The notes under the pieces: generated by a model
What the model was told of the DNA's origin: nothing
What the model saw: the letters and a program-made list of their open reading frames with translations, nothing else
The model's database searches: none
Made by a program: the position numbers and the translations under genes
Shown here: positions 7,985 to 15,007 of the stretch, piece by piece
How the letters are laid out: the number at the start of each line of letters is the position of its first letter
Position numbering within the stretch: the first letter of the stretch is position 1
DNA from: Kiritimatiella glycovorans
Lineage (GTDB): Bacteria > Verrucomicrobiota > Kiritimatiellia > Kiritimatiellales > Kiritimatiellaceae
Direction of reading: 5' to 3'
Length of the DNA: 32,000 nt
Assembly (NCBI RefSeq): GCF_001017655.1
Contig: NZ_CP010904.1
Coordinates: 840,001-872,000 of the forward strand

Positions 7985-8822
7985 ACCCCCGCGCGCTCAG
8001 AATGCGGGGCGTGAGCCGGATGTCCAGGTTCCGGATCTGTTCACCGCGTTCGCCCCCGACCAGGAAACGCTCGTAGAACTCCCGGTTGCGGTCCAGGCCG
8101 CCGATGCGGATCGTGGCGCCGTCGGCGACGGTGACCTCGGTTTCGACTTTCTCGTATTTCACGCGGTAGGGATCGCCGTCCACCACTCCGCTCAGCTCGG
8201 GCGTCAGTGTGACGCGGATCAGGTCGTCGCCGACGATCTCGGGCTGCACGACCAGGAAGGACCCCACATCGCGCCACTTGAGTTCGGTCCCGATGTACCC
8301 CCAGAACCGGCCCCTGCGGACAAACCAGTCGAGGTACGGAACCTGCTCGCCGACGCGGAGACGCGCGGAGCCTCCGCTCATTACGGTCAGGGTCTGCACC
8401 GTCCGGCGCGACTGTGAAGAGTTCTGAAAGGTCAGCCCGCCCTCGATCCGGTAATCCGACACCCCGCCGTCGTCAAACACGATCTGCCGGTCCGGGCGCA
8501 CGTACGCCCCGCGGCGCCTGCCGGAGCCTTCGCCGGCGAATTCGACCCGGATCATGATGTTTTTACGCGGTCTGCTCGCCGCATCGACCAGATCCCTCAG
8601 CCGGCGGTGCTCCTCTTCGGTCGCGTGCACGAAGAGCCGGCCGCTCTTCGGGAGCACGATGAGTTTGCTTTCTTCGCTCATCCACGCCTGCGCCATCTCG
8701 CGGCACTGCTCCGGCGAAAGTGCACCGCAGGAATACATCTCATATGTTCGCTCCGCACCGGAGACCCACTCCGCGGCAGCGAACAGCACGCACAGCATCA
8801 GCAATCTCGCGTTCCTTTTCAT
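7974..8822 (-). CDS. Short secreted secretin-domain protein (one N-type domain + secretin core; lacks the IPVLGDIPLLG motif)
   Basis: Signal peptide MKRNARLLMLCVLFAAAEWVSGA. N-domain-like KLIVLPKSGRLFVHATEEEHRRLRDLVDAAS. The core aligns by eye to the GspD of this window: VGEQVP with IGEQRP, WRDVGSFLVVQPEI with YKDIGIQLTVTPHI, VTVADGATIRIGGL with VAVDDGATVVLGGL, and LDIRLTPRIL with LLVLLTPYVL. Confidence 0.6.
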   Translation of the reverse strand: MKRNARLLMLCVLFAAAEWVSGAERTYEMYSCGALSPEQCREMAQAWMSEESKLIVLPKSGRLFVHATEEEHRRLRDLVDAASRPRKNIMIRVEFAGEGSGRRRGAYVRPDRQIVFDDGGVSDYRIEGGLTFQNSSQSRRTVQTLTVMSGGSARLRVGEQVPYLDWFVRRGRFWGYIGTELKWRDVGSFLVVQPEIVGDDLIRVTLTPELSGVVDGDPYRVKYEKVETEVTVADGATIRIGGLDRNREFYERFLVGGERGEQIRNLDIRLTPRILSARGFSR

Positions 8823-8920
8823 GACCGGATTATCCCACCCGCCGCGCTTTACGGCAAGCCTTCAGCGATCGCCCCCGCCGGGGTCAGAGAGCTTTATCTC
8901 CTTCGCGGCGAAAATCGATG

Positions 8921-9126
8921 TCTTGCTCAGGTCTCAGGCCTCCCACTCCGATTCCGAGCCTCTTACTCAGGTTTCAGGTCTCAGGTCTCCCACTCCGATT
9001 CCGAGCCTCTTACTCAGGTTTCAGGTCTCAGGTCTCCCACTCCGATTCCGAGCCTCTTACTCAGGTTTCAGGTCTCAGGTCTCCCACTCCGATTCCGATT
9101 CCCCCTCCATCCCCCTCACTCTCTCC
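8921..9126 (-). repeat. Composite repeat element, copy R2 (purine-rich strand is -), containing a perfect 47-bp tandem array
   Basis: The unit ctcccactccgattccgagcctcttactcaggtttcaggtctcaggt starts at 8940, 8987 and 9034 with identical copies. A partial fourth copy runs from 9081 and ends in the head motif (reverse complement GGGGGATGGAGGGGG). 47 is not a multiple of 3, and all three + frames are open across the array. Confidence 0.9.
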
Positions 9127-9204
9127 TAGACACGCGGCGGGCAAGACGCAACACTGTCACCCCGTATCCGTTATCGCGCTGAATTAAACGGCGAGGGGGA
9201 CGTT

Positions 9205-9378
9205 ATGAGGATGATCTGGGCACTGGTGCTGATCGGCGTATGCGTGCTGCTCTATATATTCAACCGCGGTCACATCGATCTGAACCTGCTCCTTTTCACG
9301 GTGAAGAAGGCGCAGCTCGCCCTGGTGCTGCTGGGGTTCACCGCCGCGGGCGTAGTGATCGGTTTTTTGCTGAGGTAG
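9205..9378 (+). CDS. Small two-TM membrane protein, LapA/DUF1049-like (57 aa; below the ORF-track cutoff)
   Basis: My own translation: MRMIWALVLIGVCVLLYIFNRGHIDLNLLLFTVKKAQLALVLLGFTAAGVVIGFLLR. It has two hydrophobic helices around a short loop, as in LapA-type proteins. AGGGGGA lies 4 nt upstream of the ATG, and the next gene starts 20 nt downstream. Confidence 0.4.
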   Translation: MRMIWALVLIGVCVLLYIFNRGHIDLNLLLFTVKKAQLALVLLGFTAAGVVIGFLLR

Positions 9379-9397
9379 AAAGGTTCTCCGGTACGTC

Positions 9398-10609
9398 ATG
9401 AATGCGGAATCGAACGGCGGCACCCTCGTCGATGAACTGACCCGGCGCGGTGTGCGCATGGAGGACCCCGGCTCGGTGCATATCGGTCGTGACGTCGACC
9501 CCGGCCGCATCGCGCCCGGAACGGTGCTCCATCCCGGCTGCCGCGTCACGGGCCCGTCGACCTCGATCGGTCCGGATTGTACACTGGGGGCGGAGGGTCC
9601 TGTCGCCCTGCACAATGTCCGGCTCGGCCGCGGGGTTCGTATCGCCTCCGGCTCGGCGACGGACGCCGTGATGCTCGACGGCGCGTCGATGGGGCCGCAG
9701 GCCCAGGTCCGGGCGGGCACCCTGATCGAGGAACAGGCCGGCGGCGCCCACGCGGTGGGTCTCAAACAGACCGTGCTGCTTCCGTTCGTCACGCTGGGAA
9801 GCCTGATCAATTTCTGCGACGTGCTCATGGCCGGCGGTACCAGCCGCCGTCATCACAGTGAGGTCGGGTCCTCGTATATCCATTTCAACTTCACCCCGCA
9901 CCAGGACAAGGCCACGCCTTCGCTTATCGGCGACGTGCCCCGCGGCGTCATGCTCGATCAGCCGCCTATTTTCCTGGGAGGGCAGGGCGGGCTGGTGGGT
10001 CCGCGCCGGATCGCCTTCGGTACGGTGATCGCCGCCGGCTGCATCTGCCGCGAGGATGTCACGGAGTGCGGGCAGCTGGTGGTCCCGGCTCAGCCGCAGG
10101 CGCGCAGCCGCTCCTACGATCCGGCGCGCTTCGGCGAACTGGGTCCGCGCATCGCGGCCAATTATGGTTTTATCGGCAATCTGCTGGCGTTGCGTGTGTG
10201 GTACGCGCGGGTGCGGGCCGTCTTTACCGCCGGCGCGGAGTACGCCGAGGCCTGCCGGGTCGGAGCGCTGGAGCTGCTCGACGGCGCGTTCGAGGAACGC
10301 GTGAAGCGCCTGCGCCAGCTCGCCGCAAAGGTCGGCGCCGCGCCGCGCGACCGGCATCAACGCGCCTTCGCCGAGGGATGGGCGAGCCGTGAGGACGCGC
10401 TGCGTGCCTTTCGCTCCGGGCTCGAGCAGATGCCGGAACCCGGCGGAGCGTTGGGTGAGGTGCTCGATGCCGCGGACCGGGAAACCCCTTATATCGAAGC
10501 CGTGCGCGGGTGGCCCGAAGCGGCCAGATCAGCAGGCACGGAATGGCTCGACGGCATCGTCGCGTCCGTCATGGATATCGGAACAACGGAGGATCGGAAT
10601 CATGGATAA
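9398..10609 (+). CDS. Left-handed beta-helix (hexapeptide-repeat) protein, GlmU C-terminal acetyltransferase-like, with a helical C-terminal extension
   Basis: Imperfect hexapeptide periodicity runs through residues ~25-230 (IGRDVDPG, LHPGCRVTG, IGPDCTLG, VRLGRGVRI, IAFGTVIAAG). There is an 8-nt overlap (ATGGATAA) with glmM. The functional call is inferred from fold-type repeats and the glmM neighbourhood. Confidence 0.5.
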   Translation: MNAESNGGTLVDELTRRGVRMEDPGSVHIGRDVDPGRIAPGTVLHPGCRVTGPSTSIGPDCTLGAEGPVALHNVRLGRGVRIASGSATDAVMLDGASMGPQAQVRAGTLIEEQAGGAHAVGLKQTVLLPFVTLGSLINFCDVLMAGGTSRRHHSEVGSSYIHFNFTPHQDKATPSLIGDVPRGVMLDQPPIFLGGQGGLVGPRRIAFGTVIAAGCICREDVTECGQLVVPAQPQARSRSYDPARFGELGPRIAANYGFIGNLLALRVWYARVRAVFTAGAEYAEACRVGALELLDGAFEERVKRLRQLAAKVGAAPRDRHQRAFAEGWASREDALRAFRSGLEQMPEPGGALGEVLDAADRETPYIEAVRGWPEAARSAGTEWLDGIVASVMDIGTTEDRNHG

Positions 10610-11966
10610 ACTCTTCGGCACCGACGGCGTCCGCGGCCTCGCCAACAGCGGCCCGATGTCGGCGGAAATGATCATGGCCATCGCGCGTGCGACGGCGCAT
10701 GTCTGCAAGCGCCACCACCGCCAGGAGGAGATGCGCCCGAAAATCGTGATCGGCAAGGACACGAGACTCAGCGGCTACATGCTTGAGAGCGCGCTGACGG
10801 CGGGTATCTGTTCGATGGGGGTCGATGTGCTCCTGGTGGGGCCCATCCCGACCCCCGGTCTCGCCTATATCACCCACAGCATGCGCGCCGATGCGGGGAT
10901 CGTGATTTCCGCGTCCCATAATCCGTTTCATGATAACGGCATAAAGATTTTCTCCCGCAGCGGCACCAAGCTGCCCGACGACGAAGAGCGCGAGATCGAG
11001 GAGCTGGTGCGCGCGGATAACCTGAGCGCGATGGGGGCAGCTCCCGAAGAGATCGGGAAGGCGCGGCGCATCGAGGATTCAAAGGGGCGCTACATCGAAT
11101 TCTGTAAACGGAGCTTTCCCGATGCCTGCGACCTAGACGGGATCAAACTGGTCCTGGACTGCGCCAACGGGGCCACCTACCAGTGCGCGCCGGTCATATT
11201 CAGCGAACTGGGTGCCGAAGTGGAGACCATCTTCAACCGCCCGGACGGCATGAATATCAACGAGGCATGCGGTTCGCAGTATCCCGAAACGCTGATCGAG
11301 AAAGTGCGCGCCGGCGGAGCCGACGCGGGACTGGCCTTTGACGGCGACGGCGACCGGCTGATCGCGGTGGATGAGCACGGGCGGGTGCTGACCGGGGATC
11401 ACCTGCTGGCTATCTGCGCGAAGGCCTGGAAAGGCGAGGGACGGCTCGCGAACGATACCGTGGTCGGCACGCAGATGACGAACTTCGGGTTCATGACCGC
11501 GATGCAGGACCTGGGTGTGAACGTCGAACGCGCCAAAGTGGGCGACCGCTACGTGCTGGAAAGAATGAAGCAGCGGGGCGCCGTGCTGGGAGGGGAGTCT
11601 TCCGGGCACCTGATCTTCTCGGATATCCATACCACCGGCGACGGCATCGTGTCCGCGCTGCAGGTGCTGGCCATCATGCGTACGAGCGGGAAACCCCTCT
11701 CCGAACTGGCGGATGTCATGAAACTGGCTCCCCAGCGGCTGATCAATATTGACGTGGCCGAAAAGAAGTCGATCGACGACGTACCCCCGTTGCGGGAGGC
11801 GGTGTCTGCGGCGGAGACCGAACTCGGCGACCGCGGGCGTGTCCTGATCCGTTACTCCGGCACGCAGCCGCTCTGCCGCGTCATGGTGGAGGGGCCCGAC
11901 GAAGCCACGACTACGCGCCTCGCCGAATCGCTCTCCGCCGTGGTCCGGGAGCATCTCGGCGCATGA
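10602..11966 (+). CDS. glmM: Phosphoglucosamine mutase
   Basis: MDKLFGTDGVRG N-terminus, active-site ISASHNPFHDNGIK, metal loop FDGDGDRLIAVD, and GGESSGH. A GGAGGA RBS is at 10588-10593. Confidence 0.93.
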   Translation: MDKLFGTDGVRGLANSGPMSAEMIMAIARATAHVCKRHHRQEEMRPKIVIGKDTRLSGYMLESALTAGICSMGVDVLLVGPIPTPGLAYITHSMRADAGIVISASHNPFHDNGIKIFSRSGTKLPDDEEREIEELVRADNLSAMGAAPEEIGKARRIEDSKGRYIEFCKRSFPDACDLDGIKLVLDCANGATYQCAPVIFSELGAEVETIFNRPDGMNINEACGSQYPETLIEKVRAGGADAGLAFDGDGDRLIAVDEHGRVLTGDHLLAICAKAWKGEGRLANDTVVGTQMTNFGFMTAMQDLGVNVERAKVGDRYVLERMKQRGAVLGGESSGHLIFSDIHTTGDGIVSALQVLAIMRTSGKPLSELADVMKLAPQRLINIDVAEKKSIDDVPPLREAVSAAETELGDRGRVLIRYSGTQPLCRVMVEGPDEATTTRLAESLSAVVREHLGA

Positions 11967-13414
11967 AGCTCCGCGCACAGTATAGGATCGCCATGGGGAT
12001 CGCGGGATGCGCGTCCGTCTGGCTGACCGCTTCCGCGTCGGCCTCCGAAATGGAGATCCACGACTGGGGTCCGTTCTGGTACGAGTGCCGCACGGCCTCG
12101 GGCGCGGTACACCGGACGGCCGCAGGCCCGTTCTACGAACACCGCGCTGAGCCGGGAGCGGGCTCCATGACGGCGTGGCGGCCGTTCCGGATCCGGATCA
12201 AGAACGCGAAAGAAGGGACGCGGCGTACTGAATATGTTTGGCCCCTCTACGTCCGACGCATTCAAGGCGAGGAGGAGACGGGGCGGGGACTGGTGTTCCT
12301 GTTTTCCAGAGATTTCGACCGGCGGGATGAAGACGGCCGCCGCCGACGCTGGCTCATCCCGTTTTATTTCGACGGCATCGACGAGGACGGCGAGCCCTAT
12401 CTCGGTGTGTTCCCGCTCGGCGGGTCCGTCCATGACTTCCTCGGACAGGAACGGTTCTCGTGGCTGCTCTTTCCGCTCTACCTCGAGCGGGAGGGGCCGG
12501 ACGGCACCGCCCGTACCGTGCTCTGGCCCGTGTTCTCGCGCACGCGCGGCGACGGGCTGCGGCGCGACCGTCTTTTTCCGCTGTGCGGGCGCGCCGTCAA
12601 GGAGGGCGCCTACGAGAAGTCCTTCCTGCTCTGGCCCGTCTGGACGCATGCCCGCTATGAGCGCGAGCATCGTTCCGGAGAAGCCTGGATGCTGTTTCCT
12701 TTCGCGGGCGGCGGGCATGTGAACGACGAGCGCACCCGTTATGTCCTACCCCCGTTTTTCCGCTACACGGAACGCGATGGAGAAACCATCCTGCACGCCC
12801 CCTGGCCGTTTGTGCAGCGTCAGCAGGGCGGCCGCACTCGACGCGCTTACCTGTGGCCGCTCTACGGCTGGAAGGAAACACCCGGCATCAGGAGCGAATT
12901 CTTCTTCTGGCCCGTCGTGCGTTCGAAAGATATCCTGCATGCAGGTGAGCGCGTACGCCACGTGCACGTGCTGCCGTTCCTCTACTGGCGCGCGGAGGGG
13001 GACGCATCGGTGACCGGTGATTCCGGACCGTGGCGGAAGCGGCGGCTGCGGATCTGGCCGTTTTTCCGACACACAAGTTATAACGGAAAAAGTTGCTTCC
13101 GCGCCCCCGCGCTGTCCCCGTTTCCCGATCTCGAACCCATTGAGCGCCACTACGCGCCCTTCTGGACCCTTTACGAAGCTGAGCGCGGGCCGCGGCCGGG
13201 CGAAGTCCGCCGTACGGCGCTGTGGGGTCTGTTCCGCCGGCGTGGCGACGGCGAAGGTTCCTGGCGTACGTCCGTCTTTCCGCTGTTCGAGTTCGGGGTC
13301 GACCGTGAAGAAGAGGAACGCGCCTATAGATGGTCGGTCCTGAAGGGATTGATAGGGTACGATTCAGACAGGGTGGAAAGGCCCCGCCGAATCCTGTATA
13401 TCTTTCGTTTCTGA
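11963..13414 (+). CDS. Exported repeat protein of unknown function (about 19 aromatic-Pro repeats; C-terminal OMP-like beta-signal)
   Basis: ATGA overlap with glmM. N-terminal signal MKLRAQYRIAMGIAGCASVWLTASASA, with a possible lipobox IAGC. The motif hydrophobic-[WF]P-[LFV]-[FYW] recurs every ~20-30 aa (VWPLY, LFPLY, LWPVF, LFPLC, LWPVW, LFPFA, PWPFV, LWPLY, FWPVV, LPFLY, IWPFF, VFPLF and others). The protein ends ILYIFRF. Confidence 0.6.
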   Translation: MKLRAQYRIAMGIAGCASVWLTASASASEMEIHDWGPFWYECRTASGAVHRTAAGPFYEHRAEPGAGSMTAWRPFRIRIKNAKEGTRRTEYVWPLYVRRIQGEEETGRGLVFLFSRDFDRRDEDGRRRRWLIPFYFDGIDEDGEPYLGVFPLGGSVHDFLGQERFSWLLFPLYLEREGPDGTARTVLWPVFSRTRGDGLRRDRLFPLCGRAVKEGAYEKSFLLWPVWTHARYEREHRSGEAWMLFPFAGGGHVNDERTRYVLPPFFRYTERDGETILHAPWPFVQRQQGGRTRRAYLWPLYGWKETPGIRSEFFFWPVVRSKDILHAGERVRHVHVLPFLYWRAEGDASVTGDSGPWRKRRLRIWPFFRHTSYNGKSCFRAPALSPFPDLEPIERHYAPFWTLYEAERGPRPGEVRRTALWGLFRRRGDGEGSWRTSVFPLFEFGVDREEEERAYRWSVLKGLIGYDSDRVERPRRILYIFRF

Positions 13415-13427
13415 AAGGAGTGAGGGC

Positions 13428-14240
13428 TTGATCACTCGCGAACCCGAATATATTCCGGTCCCGGCTACCGCGATGGGGCGCCTGGGGCAGCTCGTGCTGC
13501 TCACCCTGCGCAATTCCGGGCGGGCCGTGCTGATGTCGCTGCGCTCGTTCCGAATCCTGCCTGCCGTGCTCTCGCCGCGCCGCCGGCCCGAGTTCATGCG
13601 CCAGTGTTTCGTTACGGGGATCAGGAGCCTGGGCGTCATCACCGTGGTGGCGCTCTTCACGGGTATGATCCTGGCCCTGCAGACCGGGCTCGAACTGCGG
13701 CGCTTCGGTCAGCAGGCCCATATCGGAACGGCGGTGACGGTGGTGATGCTGCGTGAAATGGGGCCGTTTATGACCGGGCTCATTATCGCCGCGAGTGTGG
13801 GGTCCGCGATCGCCGCTCAGCTCGGGACCATGACCGTCTCGGAGGAGGTGGCCGCGCTCGAGGTCATGTCGATCGACCCGCACAGCTTTCTCGTCCTGCC
13901 GCGGCTGGTGGCCCTGGCCGTGATGATGCCCGTACTTACCGTCTATTCAAACCTGGTCGGCATTCTCGGCGGCGCGGTCGTGGGCGCGACCCAGCTCGGG
14001 GTCTCGTTTGCGGCGTATTTCGATAACGCCACCATGTATGCGGCGAACAAGGATCTCTACGTGGGACTGTTCAAGGCGCTGCTGTTTGGGATCATCATCG
14101 CCACGGTCGCGTGCCACCAGGGGTTCGCGACCACGGGCGGGGCGGTCGGGGTGGGGCGCAGCACGCGCAAGACGGTGATCGTATCGTTCCTGCTCATCCT
14201 GGTGCTCGGCTACTTCGTAACCCGGCTGTTCTATTCATGA
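13428..14240 (+). CDS. mlaE: Phospholipid/lipid ABC transporter permease MlaE
   Basis: TTG start 7 nt after AAGGAG (13415-13420). MlaE-family core: GIRSLGVITVVALFTGMILALQ, MLREMGPFMTGLIIAASVGSAIAAQLGTMTVSEEVAALEVMSIDP. Confidence 0.85.
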   Translation: MITREPEYIPVPATAMGRLGQLVLLTLRNSGRAVLMSLRSFRILPAVLSPRRRPEFMRQCFVTGIRSLGVITVVALFTGMILALQTGLELRRFGQQAHIGTAVTVVMLREMGPFMTGLIIAASVGSAIAAQLGTMTVSEEVAALEVMSIDPHSFLVLPRLVALAVMMPVLTVYSNLVGILGGAVVGATQLGVSFAAYFDNATMYAANKDLYVGLFKALLFGIIIATVACHQGFATTGGAVGVGRSTRKTVIVSFLLILVLGYFVTRLFYS

Positions 14241-15007
14241 TTCGCTTCGAACAGGTCAGTAAAGCACTCGGAGGGCGCCCGGTCCTCGACGCGGTCGACT
14301 TTCGCATCGAGCGCGGAGAAACCGCCGTTATCGTCGGACGCTCCGGCGCGGGGAAGAGCGTCATGCTCAAGCATATGGTTCGCCTGCTCACCCCGGATGA
14401 AGGACGGGTGCGGATCGGCGAGGACGAGATCAGCGCCGCCCCGGACCGCGAACTCGAACGTATCCGTGAACGCTTCGGAATGCTCTTTCAGGGGGCGGCC
14501 CTGTTGCAGTGGATGAGCGTCTACGACAACGTCGCCCTGCCGCTGCGGGAGCGCACGGGAGCGCGCGAAGCGGAGATCGACGGCCGGGTCCGCGAGGCGC
14601 TCGATCTGGTGGGACTGGGCGACGATACGGAAAAAATGCCCGCCGATCTGTCCGGAGGCATGCGCAAGCGGGTGGGGCTGGCGCGGGCGATCGTCCGGAA
14701 ACCGGAGATCGTGCTCTACGATGAACCGACCTCGGGCCTGGACCCGGTCACCTCCCGCCTCATCGACGGACTGATCGCCGACATGCGCGCGAAAGTCGGG
14801 GTCACCAATGTGGTGGTGACCCACGACCTGCACAGCGCGCTTTCCATAGGGACGCGAATCGTTATGCTCCACGAAGGCCGCATCGTGGAACATGCCGCCC
14901 CGGACGGATTCATCCGGTCCGAGCATCCGGAAGTCCGGCGGTTTTTGGAGTCACAGCATATAAGAGCGGAAGATCCATGGCTGAAGGAGAAGATCAGTGA
15001 AACTTAA
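14237..15007 (+). CDS. mlaF: Lipid ABC transporter ATP-binding protein MlaF
   Basis: ATGA overlap with mlaE. Walker A GRSGAGKS, ABC signature LSGGMRKR, Walker B IVLYDEPTSGLD, H-loop VVTHD. Confidence 0.88.
   Translation: MIRFEQVSKALGGRPVLDAVDFRIERGETAVIVGRSGAGKSVMLKHMVRLLTPDEGRVRIGEDEISAAPDRELERIRERFGMLFQGAALLQWMSVYDNVALPLRERTGAREAEIDGRVREALDLVGLGDDTEKMPADLSGGMRKRVGLARAIVRKPEIVLYDEPTSGLDPVTSRLIDGLIADMRAKVGVTNVVVTHDLHSALSIGTRIVMLHEGRIVEHAAPDGFIRSEHPEVRRFLESQHIRAEDPWLKEKISET

Noticed and set aside
8940-9108. A possible CRISPR array, given the regular perfect direct repeats.
   Set aside because: The repeats are directly abutting with no unique spacers, the unit length is 47 bp, and there are no cas genes in the window. 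This is a tandem repeat, not a CRISPR array.
8554-9187. Three overlapping + strand ORFs (191, 191 and 89 aa) with SGLPLRFRASYSGFRSQVSHSDSEPLTQV-type repeats.
   Set aside because: They exist only because the pyrimidine-rich strand of the 47-bp tandem repeat has no stop codons in any frame. The period of 47 nt is not divisible by 3, so the peptide repeat cycles through frames. The 5' parts are antisense to the mini-secretin gene.
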